Of a stretch of 64,000 nt of DNA, positions 39,838 to 52,364 are shown in pieces; within the stretch, counting starts at the first letter, position 1, and every line of letters begins with the position of its first letter. The position numbers and the translations under genes are program-made. The notes beneath the pieces were generated by a model that made no database searches, was not told the DNA's origin, and saw only the letters and a program-made list of their open reading frames with translations. Origin of the DNA: Eledone cirrhosa (taxonomy: Eukaryota). The stretch lies in NCBI GenBank assembly GCA_964016885.1, contig OZ024758.1, positions 9,486,001 through 9,550,000 on the forward strand, in the 5' to 3' direction.

Positions 39838-40429
39838 ATACAGAACAAAACAGGATGTCGACATTCAAGAACTTCATGTGATCCAATCTATATAAATGGA
39901 CAGAAATATTATGAAGGCTGACAACCATTCTTCATGTGTGTACATGTTCACATGTTTCTGAGAATGTGTGTTTTATGTTCTATATTTTAACAGGCTGGCG
40001 ATTTCAGCTATACGTTGCTTGAAAGCAAAGAGCTGTTTGTTATTCATTTTAAACATTCTCGCATAGGAATATTGTATGTTAATACAAATATGATTGACAT
40101 ACGTAAGACTCTTCAATACTAACAATAGCAGAAAAATAAAATAAAATAAAATAAACCACTACTAAAGAAAGAAAAAAAATCGAAATTTGCTGACGTCTGG
40201 AGTGTCGACGACTTTTGCTTTAGTCTTTTGTAAAAACAGGTACCGCCACAAAAAACATACTAGCAAATAGTCTTTACTCCAGCAAATACACTTATCACAC
40301 ACACGGACCTATGTACTTACATGACTTTTTATATTTTCATTGAATGAATAGCTTTTATGTAGTTACAATTTACTCACAAATACATGACTGGTTGGTGTTT
40401 TAGCAGCGTATGTTAGCGTACTTACAAAG

Positions 40430-40482
<53 letters not shown>

Positions 40483-40517
40483 CTTTGTAAGTACGTTAAC
40501 ATATATATATGTACGCT

Positions 40518-40566
<49 letters not shown>

Positions 40567-40629
40567 TACTTTGTAAGTACGTTAACATATATATATATAT
40601 ATGTACGCTAATATATATATATATATACG

Positions 40630-40668
<39 letters not shown>

Positions 40669-41076
40669 TATATATTTATGTTTATACACAGAACAAAAGC
40701 GCTACCTAAGGTTTCAATGCCGAATATTGACCAGATCTCCATACACACGTACACACGCATGCATGGTCCCGTAACTGGGGGGAAGAGCTGGAGGGGTGCC
40801 GTATTGACATGGGGGTATTTTCAAACCTGGCAGAGTCCATTTCTTCCTTTCCAAGGTTCGAATAGAGTAGGTTTCTTCCAGAGTAGAAAAATGAAGTGAG
40901 GAAGTGATATAGAGAAATAATCGACCCAGTACTAAACTTATACTTATTGTCCTTGAATAGATGAAAGGCAAAAAACAATTACTGCTACAGCTGCACCTTT
41001 GGAGTACAGAGTACCAAGTCAACCATACATGGCTTTGACCAACCCTGATTATAAGACATTTGCGATATATATATAT

Positions 41077-41270
41077 AGGAACAAGTATGACCCCGACGGC
41101 AGAGCTCAAGCCGTTTCGACGGCTATTTCTGGACGTCCAGAATTAGCCATCGAAACGGCTTGAGTTCTGCCGTCGGGGTCATACTTGTTCCTATTACCCA
41201 ATCTACTACCCTAAGTATTGAGTACTTTGGTGCGTTATGGTCCATCTGGTTCCTTAACACATTTCCTTCG

Positions 41271-41272
<2 letters not shown>
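41077..41272 (+). mobile_element. Family H fold-back copy
   Basis: About 58-bp arms centred on GACGTC, same tail as the 14 kb copy, (TA)n flanks. Confidence 0.8.
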
Positions 41273-41310
<38 letters not shown>

Positions 41311-41343
41311 CTTACGGGCGACTTGTTGATTTTATGAGATAAT

Positions 41344-41597
41344 GAGATCGAGATCGTGTAGGTGTCACGAGAAAAAACACTCAGTCCACGCTGCAATGTG
41401 GTCGTGTAGGTAACACGGTAACACTGTAAATGTGGTTGGTGTTAGGAAGGGCATCCAGCCGTAGAAAACCTGCCAGATAGTCCTATATGAGCGAGACATG
41501 GTCACCCGACCAACCTTGCCTCAAGTGGGACAACTCCCGTCTAACCCATGCTAGCGTGGAAAAATGGACGTTAAATCAAAGATGATGATGATGATGA
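41344..41597 (+). mobile_element. SINE family C with RTE-derived 3' tail
   Basis: GGTTGGTGTTAGGAAGGGCATCCAGCCGTAGAAAAC central domain; CCCGTCTAACCCATGCTAGCGTGGAAAAATGGACGTTAAA then (GAT)n matches RTE end at 39770-39837. Confidence 0.85.
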
Positions 41598-43885
41598 TAT
41601 ATATATATATGTATGGTTGAATTGGTAGTCTGTACTCCAAAGGTGCAGCTGTAACAGTAATTTGATTCATCATCATCATTTTACGCCTCAAAGATAAGTT
41701 TACATTCTGAATGGGTTTTTGAGTTGCCAATATATCTGAGTTTCTGACATATCAGGTAGCCATCTGCTTGTTCTCAGGTGTTGGAGACAAAGGAAGGAAT
41801 ATTCATAAATAGCCTGCTCCCAGAGTCAAGGATGACAGCTGCAGTGCGGTGTTGATTCCTAGCAGTTATGATATAGTCCACTGCTTTACACAGACTCTGT
41901 GGGTCTTTCTCTCTCGGCCAAGCCAGTAAAATTCATCTCATCAACAGAAGTTTGGTAAATACATTTTTAATATTACCTTTGCAAGCAAACACGCTTACAC
42001 ATCATCCCGAGACATAACATCACACAATTCAACTCTGGTTGTTTGTTCTTCATGTATTGTCATATAACTTTGACGAAAGTTATGTTTAATAAATTAGTAA
42101 CATAGCAGTTTTGTGTTGTTGTGGTTTATATATTTCATTTCCTACATGATCCTAAATCACTTACCCAAGGAAACATCATCATCATCATCATCTTAATGTA
42201 CACTGTTACTCACTTACTTGCACACCCGCAATCTCTGGTCACACTGTATCAGGTACATCAGTCTTCCCTTGCCTACAATCTACACAACAGTGACCACACA
42301 ACAACCAAATCAATACCACAACACCACCATTCACCCCAGCATTAGATCTGCTATACAGCTTTGTCACATTGTTACATGGTATACACTAGTTACTGCAAAA
42401 GTAACTAGTGTATACCATGCTTATAAATAAAATATGGATTGGTGTCTGGCAGAGCTCTCAACTATAGAAACACTATCTCAAATCCCACCCCACCCATATC
42501 AGCATGTCCCCCCCCCCCCCAAAAAAAAAAACCGACATAAAAACCATGATGTTGATGATGCTGTCATCTTCATTATCATCATTTAACATCTATTTTCCAT
42601 GTTTGTATGGGTTAGACAGATTCATGTACTGAGGCTAGACAGGTCAGATGGCACTTTCTTTCTCATATGTTCCACTTTTGGTTTGGTTTCTATGGCGGAA
42701 TGCCATTCTGGTGACAATACAGTCAACTCTTGGTTGGCCTATTAAGCTCAAATATGTGAAGCAATTGTTAAAAAAATTATGGATGTAATACAAACAAAGA
42801 CATTCTTTCAGAACAATAGTTTTTGTCAGCCTGCCTAGTAAACTCTCATTAGTTTAACTGTTAGTAGTGTGTATATTTTGTTGAAGGATAAAAGCTACCC
42901 ATATTTTAGAAGAAATGGATGTAACAGATGACCTCATCAATGTTAAAACCATAAATTCATAATGAGATACCTAATAATATTTTGGAAAGAAACAAAGAAG
43001 TGGAGATATACTATTTGAAGAGGACTCACTTAATCCATGCAAACATCAATGGACATAAAAATGATGTAGAGGACAATGACTTGCTTTAAACTTTCTCCAT
43101 TTGCTAACTAAATTAATGATTTAACTCAAGTGCATTAGATAGAACACACTATGTTAGATAGAATAAACTGAAAGTGTGTTAGATAGAACAGACTGTATGT
43201 TAGATAGAAGAACATTGTTATATAAATATTTTTTTTGTGTTTTATGATGTTTATTTCTCAAACAGTTATTTTTCTTTTCCTTGTCTTTATAAATATCCAC
43301 ATTATTATTGTTAATTAAGATATCCTTTTAAATCTTACTACACAACCAATTATTGTTTCAAATTTGATGGTTAAGAGTAAAATTATTCATTTTGCACTAT
43401 GGATTTTGTATTATTTTTCCTTTCACTTTTTTCTTTCACTTTTTTCTTTCACTTTTTTCTTTCACTTTTTTCTTTGAATTTTTCTTTTTCTTTCTAGTTT
43501 ATTTTTTTAATTATTATTTTATAAACTGAAATCAAGAGATGACAAACAAAAGAAAATTAATCAAAATAATTTTTAGGAAATTGAAAGTCAAACATGCATC
43601 ACTATCAGATTATTTTCTTTGGCTGCATCTTCTTCCCCAAACATATCTAACCACCTAGATATTTGGTGCTGCTCTTTTAACTTTGATTGACTCTTCGCAT
43701 GTTCTGCTATCTCAAAAAAATAGAAGTCCAAATGTTATTAATGATTACTCTGCAAAAATATAGAATTGTTTTTGTTCTGTTTTAAAATAAATCGCCATTT
43801 TAGCATGTTAAGTAGGATATTATGAAATTTTAGCTTTTATTTAACATGTCATATGTTGAGTTATAAATTATACCGATGAGAAATA

Positions 43886-44217
43886 CAATGGAACCTTCGT
43901 TTATGCCTGTCATCATAAACAAATCGCTTCACAAACAATTTTTCCAGATATAAAACATCTCTTCATAAACAGTCTGGAGTAATAAACATGCAACCTGGCA
44001 ACAACAATTGGCAACAAGCTGGGAGTATCAGTGGGAAAGTGTCACTTGCTGTGTAGTTAGTTACTGCGGTGATACCTGTCTTTCACACACACACACACAC
44101 ACACAGTCTCTCTCTCTCTTACTGTATTTCTCTCACAACATTTAGCATGGGAAAACTAGTTTTGGTTTATGAACGACCTTTGGGAATGAATTAGGTTTGT
44201 GAACCAAGGTTTCACTG
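43886..44217. mobile_element. Tigger/pogo-like MITE
   Basis: TA-CAATGGAACCTTCGTTTA ... TGAACCAAGGTTTCACTG-TA. Confidence 0.7.
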
Positions 44218-44887
44218 TACATGAAATGTATATATTGACACACACAACACACACACATACACCACACACCACACACATACACCACACAACGCACACAGGG
44301 TTATGTGGTAACACAATTTATTTCTAGATATTGGTACAGCTATAACAGGAGTGTAACATTCAATACTAGGTCAACTATTTTTTCTTTGATTATATATATA
44401 TTATTATAATGGGAGTGGCTGTATATTGAAGAAAGTACTAGTGGTTTTTAATTATGGTTTTATTCAAATTTAAGTTTCAGTTTACAACTGTAAATTTATG
44501 AAAACATAATCTTATGATTATTCATCTGAAATTTGAAACAAATTTGAAAAAAAAAAAAAATTTGAAGTAAATTCATTTGATTTGAAATTTCAGTTATAGT
44601 GTGCTAAGCCTAGATTAAATTCCTGTTGGGAATAGTTTTATGTTCTGAATTTATTTAATATTTTAGAAGCTGAAGTATAAATGTTACAGCATTCTTCAAG
44701 TGTAGTGTCCAACATTAATAAATCATGTGAGGTAGAAAATTGATACCACCAATTGTCACTCACAATAAATGTATTTCTCTCTCTCTCTACCCCTATCTCT
44801 CAGCTCTCTGCAATCTCAGTTCTCTGCAGCCATTGCATATTTTTCCACGTGCTTCTATTATCACCTCCTCAAATTTAGGCCATCAAG

Positions 44888-45025
44888 CAATGAATCAGCC
44901 TGAAGTTTCTGGTCTGGCTGGAGAAAACTCTGTCAGAAGCACTCAGAATACTGCAGCAAGGGTACACAGATGAGATGATGCCACGCTCACGAGTTTCTGA
45001 GTGGCACAAAGGTTCAAAGATGACC
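44888..45025 (+). pseudogene. Mariner transposase N-terminal HTH fragment
   Basis: Q*ISLKFLVWLEKTLSEALRILQQGYTDEMMPRSRVSEWHK. Confidence 0.75.
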
Positions 45026-45402
45026 CCAGGGTAGGGGTAGTGGATTGGGGTGTATATTTGGTTAAGAGGTGCCTACTGACTGAAGGTTTCGCTTTGTACA
45101 TAGGCAAGGTAGGTCTTCTATATTATTGCGTAGCACCAAATATAGACATGTGTATGTGTGTGTGTGTGTCATTTGTCTTTACATTATATTAAATTTCCTT
45201 TTAAAAATGGAATTTAATTATTTATGATAGATTGAAATATTTTTGAAAAATCTTCTGAATTAAAATATATTTTATTAATTTCTTAAAATGGAATTAAAAT
45301 TGTTATGAGGAAGGAAATTAAGAAAATTTCATATTGATTATCAATACATGGAATTTAGAGAACATTATGAATACAAACCATCTTCTAAGTCATTATTATA
45401 AT

Positions 45403-45480
45403 GGGCGGTGGATATAAAGTATCGATAGAGGGTCGGACACCATGCTTTGCAGCATAGAGTTACGGTCCTTTATGGTCTGT
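45403..45480 (+). mobile_element. SINE family A head fused to another repeat
   Basis: GGGCGGTGG...GGTCGGACACCATGCTTTGCAGCATAG, stops before B box. Confidence 0.75.
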
Positions 45481-47428
45481 ATTTTGGTAAGAGGTGCCTA
45501 CTGACTGTAGGTTTCGCTTTGCACTTAGGCAAGGCGGGTCTTCTGTATTACTGCGTAGCACCAAAAATGGAAATCTGAATTAAAAAGATTGAAACAAAAT
45601 TAAGTAATGTAAGAAAGAGGTGTAAAGAAGGGCAGATCTGGCTGTATAGAAAAGCAGAGGAAAGGACTATAAATGAGAGGAAAAGAGCAAGGACTATTAG
45701 GTCATGGAAGAAGGGGAGAGGGTGACATGCTCTATGGAGGGGTGGTGGTATTTCAGCTGTACTCCATGGACAAAACTGTAAAGGCATATGTCCTTTAACT
45801 CTTAATATCCTGTATCACATGAAATTGTATTAGCACTATGACTGTCACATTAAAAATTACAAATTTTCACAATGATTTTTTACCCACTAAAGACTCTATA
45901 AGTATGTTTATATATAATGATGAATTTTTTTAATATAAGGAACTGTTTCTTTGTTTATTCATTATTTTATTAATTTATCTTGACTCTGTTTTCCGTTTAT
46001 TTTTCACCGAAAGTAGTTATTGAATGCATCTTCTCTTTTCATGATATCCGGATTACATTGAGTTCTTCATACGGATTGGACACTACCGTAAACTTTTGGT
46101 AGATTTATCTACATATATTTACAAACCCATTTTTTTAGTTCTTTTCTGCTAAATCAGTACAGGATGTTAAAAGTTTAATAGAGAGATTGTTGTTTGTCAA
46201 CCATGATTGAACACTGCTATGATCAAAAACATTTCAATTATGTCTATCCCATCGTGTTTGTTTACATATAACATATCGAATACTATATATTTTTAATTGT
46301 TTCATGCTTGTGAGAATGATAAATTATAGACTTCCTTGTTGTTGAAGGGCCAGAACTGTTCTATTTTTTTTTTTTTTTGATAAGTGTTTTTATGTGTGTA
46401 GTGATAGTCCTTTTGCTATTGTATCTATCAGAACTCTTCATTTGTGCCAAAGACATGACAACGTCTCTAGTATAGAGGATATACAGGACACTTGTACCCA
46501 GTACACTCTCTGTACAGTGGTCGGTGATAAGGCATCTAGCTGTAGAAAACCTGCCAAGTAAAGGACATCACAACCGCCTTAGTGTTGGTGCCATGAAAAA
46601 TGTATTTGGTAGAGCATGGGAATGTTTAGTGAGATATTGGTCCCCAATCAGCCTGAGCATTCAGTAGAGTGATTTACAGGTGTTTGGTTCTTCTGAGAGG
46701 ACAGTAGCTCTGCTTGAGAACTGACTTGGTCTGTGATGAGACGTCTAACTCTTGCTAGTGGACATTGATGATGATGATATCTTTGTTCTCTTGTTTTATA
46801 TTGTGATGGCATTTTTGTGTTGCCGGAGGAAAATTAGTTGTCCTGTTGCATTTAAAGAATATTTTAAAAGATTTTGCTCATGGGGTGGGGAGGGTAGAAC
46901 AGATTTGGCATGTTTAGGTCACATGTGGATGGCACCTTTGTGCAGAAGAAGGAAGATGAATGAAAGATGGTATCTGCATAAGATGTTGTATGCTTAGAAA
47001 TGGATGGGTCACAAAAACAAACTTGCACATTCACTCATGTATATACACTCAAGTGATACATACACTCTGTATGTATCACTTGAGTGTATATACATGACTG
47101 TATGTATCACTTGAGTGTATATACATGTCATGTATATTTGCTCATATATACACACATACACACACACACACTCATGTATATACTACACTCAATAAACTCA
47201 TATGCAATCATGTATATACACTCATGCAACACATACAGTCATGTATATACACTCTTGCAACACAAACACTCATGTATATACACTCTAGCAACAGATACAG
47301 TCATATATATATATATACACTCATGCAACACATACAGTCATATATATACAATCTAGCAACACAAACACTCATGTATATATACACTCTAGCAACACATACA
47401 GTCATGTATATATGCACTCTAGCAACAG

Positions 47429-47472
<44 letters not shown>

Positions 47473-47520
47473 TTTCTAGCAACACACAATCATGTATATG
47501 TACTCAAGTAACACAAACAG

Positions 47521-47568
<48 letters not shown>

Positions 47569-47941
47569 TCAAGCAACATATACACAGTCATGTATATACA
47601 CACAAACATATATACAAGCCAATGAAGGGACATTTATATTAAGCTCTTCTATATTTTGTTTAGGACATTAATAACCAAATAGACTCTTCCATTTCTTTAA
47701 GGCAGAATATATCTGGCTGCTATTTCTAGCAGATCAAGCAACCATGTATATATGCTCATTGGTTTATCTATATATGTTTACTGACATAATTTCCATCCTA
47801 TTATTGTGAATACAACATATGTCTGGGGCCTCTCACTCCATACATTGATATCTAACATAAGCACAAGGCCACTGTTTTGGGTTTCTGTTTACTCATGGTG
47901 GTATGGGTTATAATACAATGGCAGTGTATGTATGTGTATAT

Positions 47942-48017
<76 letters not shown>

Positions 48018-48215
48018 ATATATATATATATATATGCAATCATGTATATACACTATATAGAGAAGACCCGCCTTACCTAAATACAAAGTAAAACCTACTA
48101 CAGTCAGTAGGCATCTCTAACAAAATACACCCCGTCGCACCACCCCCACCCCATCCACACCGCCCCCTTCTATGTAAAGTTATGTTGGTGCCACACCATC
48201 CAGGCCGAAACAAAT

Positions 48216-48468
48216 GAGATCGTGTAGGTGTCACGACAAAAAAAACACACAGTCCACGCTGTAATGTGGCCGTGTAGGCAACACGGTAAAAACCTCCCAG
48301 ACCCACACTGTAAATGTGGTTGGTGTTAGGAAGGGCATCCAACTGTAGAAAACCTGCCAGACAGTCCTATGCGAGCAAGACAATCACTCTTGCCTCAAGT
48401 GGGAATACCCCCGTCCAAACCCATGCAAGCGTGGAACACGGACGTTAAACGTTGATGATGATGATGAT
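48216..48468 (+). mobile_element. SINE family C
   Basis: Colinear with 41344-41597, (GAT)n tail. Confidence 0.85.
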
Positions 48469-48841
48469 ATATATCCAACTTATATTCATCCAACTGAAAA
48501 TAAGAGCCATTCCTACTTTAATTGTTCAATAGATTTACTTTAACATGAGAAAGCATTATATATATATATATACACACACACATACATATGAGCATACATG
48601 AAATGGACAAGCAATGGAAAACCAGGGACATGTCCTTTTTATCATCAGCTGTTAGCTGGAGATTACAATGATTTCAGTGCATTAAAAACAGAACCATACC
48701 TTCCTTGTGTGTGTGTGTAAATCGCACATTTCTCTATAAAAAATGCCGTAAAAAACAATGCAACTAATTAACTGAACGTACAAAACCTCAATACAAAATA
48801 TATGGTACAATTGATGATGCCAAAGATCACCATTCAATACA

Positions 48842-48879
<38 letters not shown>

Positions 48880-49157
48880 TATTTTAATTTAGATTGCATT
48901 AAATAGACAGTGATTGAATGAAATAAGATATTTTATAGCATAAGACTATATTTCTGTTAAAAACTTTACATTTGATATACTATTTATAATTGTTCTCAAC
49001 AGCTACCAGTCCATAAAATAATAGCACACTTTAATAATTCATTTACTGATCAATACTCAAAAATATAATGATAATTATTGAATCCTATAATTCACTGTAA
49101 GTAAACTAATTCTTTGAATACCATATTGACAAATTGGGAAGCCAGTTGTTACAATGT

Positions 49158-49320
49158 ACGGATGCCATGCTTTCCAGCAAAGTTATGTCCCTTTACGATC
49201 TGAGTTCAAATCCCGCCGAGGTTGACTTTGCCTTTCATCCTTATGGGGTCGATAAAATAAAGTACCAGTAATGTACTGGGTAATTGCTGGCCTTGTGCCA
49301 AAAGTAGAAACAATTATTAT
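49158..49320 (+). mobile_element. SINE family A, 5'-truncated, CpG-decayed
   Basis: Colinear with other copies. Confidence 0.85.
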
Positions 49321-49841
49321 AGAGAAGTAGAGATGACCACTGCAGTGTGTTGTTGCTGTATTTTTGATATGTCATTTATTCTGTTTGATGAGCTTCAAAT
49401 TATGTTTTAATGTTTTAGATCAGAAAAAATAGAGAGAAGGTGTGTACATGCTAGGTGGCCAGAGTTATATGTTTCATAAGGAAATTAATGTTTCATATGA
49501 TTAAATAAAGTAGAATTATTAAATGTAGAAAATTAAGAGCTCATTAACATGAGTTTGACTTGTCAAACAGCCTTTCTTTTATACCTTCCCAAGCATGTAT
49601 TTACAGTTTTATTGGGTGTATTATGGGCAGAAATTTGCTTACTTTTAAATATTATTCTGGAGAATTCAGCCAAGCAAATAAAAGAGTATTGATAAGATTG
49701 TTGTATGTAACATGAGACCTCAGCTTGTCTACTAAAGCAACTGATACATAAATTTACACTGCGTGTGTGTGTGTTTAAACTCATACACACATTTCAAAGC
49801 ATAAATCAAAAAGTAAAAATACAGAATACAAAAAATAGAAG

Positions 49842-49882
<41 letters not shown>

Positions 49883-50068
49883 AAAAGGTAGATAAGCTTT
49901 TGTTTATGTATATCATGAAAGAATGTTTAAAGAAGAAAGCTGCTTACCAGAGAGTTTGACTCGACGGCATCCTTCGAATCGTATAACAACAACAAAATAC
50001 CCGGAATAACACCCCCAAACCTGGAACCAGGGAGGAAACCACACACCACACACTATACACGGACAAAC

Positions 50069-50491
50069 TGCAACTGCAGAAATCCCACCAATTGTCCTCT
50101 ATTGGGTAAATGCTTGTACAAAAATATAATTTACCAATGTGGGGTAAAATCTAAACTGGGGATATATAGATATGTGGGTTCCACTTTGAATATTTTCAAT
50201 AAAAGATGGTATGTGCACACCCACACATTTAAAAACCCCAGTTTATCTAGATCTACAGTCCTAGCAAAAGAAAACTGGGATCTCAAATGCGCTAATATTG
50301 AATACACACTACAATGGTCCATGCTAAAATTCGCTCGTCCATACCAGACTGAAAGACGCCCCTGTGAACTATGTTTGGTCGAAGTAATTGAATTAGTGAC
50401 CGGAAAGGACCTTCTAAATTCCCAGCATGATAGGATATTTAATTGCAAACACAAGGTTCTAAAAACCTTCGCTAAATACAAACTGGACTAG
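50069..50491 (+). CDS. GIY-YIG endonuclease domain of a Penelope-like element (partial)
   Basis: CNCRNPTNCPLLGKC, NIIY...YVGST...FNKRWYVH, STVL..W, CELCLVE, LLN, CKH. Confidence 0.85.
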   Translation, partial: CNCRNPTNCPLLGKCLYKNIIYQCGVKSKLGIYRYVGSTLNIFNKRWYVHTHTFKNPSLSRSTVLAKENWDLKCANIEYTLQWSMLKFARPYQTERRPCELCLVEVIELVTGKDLLNSQHDRIFNCKHKVLKTFAKYKLD

Positions 50492-50893
50492 AACAAGATT
50501 CGATCCCTAATACCTAGGTTTTACTACATCCTATTTGGTACATTTCCTGTGACATTTAAACTTTTCACACCCAATGGATTCAGTAATATTCAAAATAATC
50601 TCATTTTCTTAATTCCTTTTGCACTCTAGCCTATCTTAATCTCTACCCTATCTTTCTTTGTCCCCCTCTTTATACCTTCTCTACCCCTATATAGGGTAAA
50701 CATCAAAACCTTCACCTATACCAATGGTCAAAGAATAATTGTTCCACATCATAGCACATGGATTGATAGTGTGAAACTCTTTGTCCCCACTCCTTCTCCT
50801 TCTCTCTATTATCTCATGTTATTTTTAACTTAAACAAAAATCTCATTACTGAATTCTACAGCGTAATGAATAGCTGAATTCCACTACTATAGG

Positions 50894-51004
50894 TTTTCTG
50901 ATGAAGTGTAATAAATAATTAAGTATTGCATATGATTGAACAATATATGATGTTGTCAGCATTATGTTGACAATTTATAATAGGCACGGAAACATATGTC
51001 AAAG
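50894..51004 (+). ncRNA. Type I hammerhead ribozyme with long stem II insertion
   Basis: TTT-CTGATGA-AGTG...(about 75 nt)...CACG-GAAA-CATATG-TC-AAA; GUC triplet. Confidence 0.7.
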
Positions 51005-51062
51005 AAAATAAATTCATAATCTCTTCACGCCAATGTTTTATTTTTTTTTTGTGAAATACTTG

Positions 51063-51099
<37 letters not shown>

Positions 51100-51100
<1 letters not shown>

Positions 51101-51290
51101 CATCATCACCATTTAGCATCCATTTTCCACGCTAGCATGGGTTAGACGAGTTGTCCTGTTGTGAGACAAGCCAGGTCCGATGAGCATGACTTGCTCATAC
51201 AGGACTGGTCTTGGCTGGATACCTTTCCTTATGCCAACCACATTTACAGTGTGTGCTGGGTGCTCTTTGTTGTGACACCTACATGAACAC
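51100..51290 (-). mobile_element. SINE family C
   Basis: Reverse copy with (CAT)n and RTE-type tail. Confidence 0.8.
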
Positions 51291-51837
51291 TTTAAAGTTT
51301 GGGCTGGGCACTTTTTAACTATATATATCATCATCATCACTTTATGTCCATTTTTCCCTGCTTCTGCTCTAACTAGAAGCTTCATGTTGTTGATACTCAC
51401 ACAATGAATGGTTGTTATAATAAATTTCAGTTCAATTATTCAGGTGAAGAAAGGAAATGACAAAGAACTTGCGTAATGTGTCAGCTTTGAGTGATGGGTT
51501 TTTAACTAAATGACATGAAATAAGATTTAACTTTAAAGATCCACCCATGTTTATTAGTTCCTTGTCGTATGAAGATTTAGTAGTCAATAGTAAAACTGGT
51601 CCACAGCTTTTCAGAAAGTGACAGTAACAATGGGTAACAGAACGAATACAGGGTAGTTTATTTGAAAAAAAAAATTTTTATTTTAGTTTTCTTGCTGATC
51701 TTTACACACACACACTAGACGCACACATACACGCATGCCCACACGCGTGCGCACACATTGTCATCATATCCATTTTTCTATGGTGGCATGCGTTGGACAG
51801 GTTTTTTTTAAAAGCAGTGTTTATAGCATGTATTTTT

Positions 51838-52033
51838 GGGAACGATCGACTTTCGTCAAATCGAACCAAGGGAACAATGTTTCCGTTGGTCTTTCCAATT
51901 GCTAATACTATCTATCGGTCGCAACTCCAGGTAGCAGGAGCAACGTGAAATAGTGTCTTGCTCAAGGACATAACGCATCGCCTGGTCCAGGAATCGAACT
52001 CACAACCTTACGATTGCGAATCCAATTCTCTAA
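51838..52033 (-). mobile_element. SINE family B
   Basis: Colinear with 4109-4293; SINE A 3' fragment follows at 52078-52148. Confidence 0.85.
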
Positions 52034-52364
52034 CCACTCAGCCACACGCCTTCACCATAGCATGTATATTATGGTTAATATAATCGTTTCTACTTTAGGC
52101 ACAAGGCCAGCAATTACCCAGTACATTACTGGTACTTTATTTAATCGGCCCCGTAAGGATGAAAGGCAATACCACGACTTTGAGAATCTCCAGAAAAGAA
52201 ATAATACTGGTTACAATTTCAATATTTTCAAAGTACAGTTAATTTCGTTTTAAGAAATATTTGAACATTAGAACGACTCCTAAAATATCTCATCTCGCAC
52301 ATCTATTTGCGAGGAATCTTTAAATTTCTTGTCGTAGCGATTGGTCATTTCAGATTTTATGGAC

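Larger units (their letters stand above)
49965..51066 (+). mobile_element. 5'-truncated Penelope-like retroelement (Naiad-like): GIY-YIG end, 3' UTR, hammerhead, tail into (TA)n
   Basis: Endonuclease ORF, hammerhead at 50894-51004, AATAAA, then (TA)n at 51066. Confidence 0.85.

Noticed and set aside
41700-42110. Coding-like composition on the minus strand
   Set aside because: Stops in all frames, no recognisable motif; possibly an old transposon
49580-49740. Possible host exon (also 59224-59325)
   Set aside because: Ambiguous strand and frame, no recognisable product
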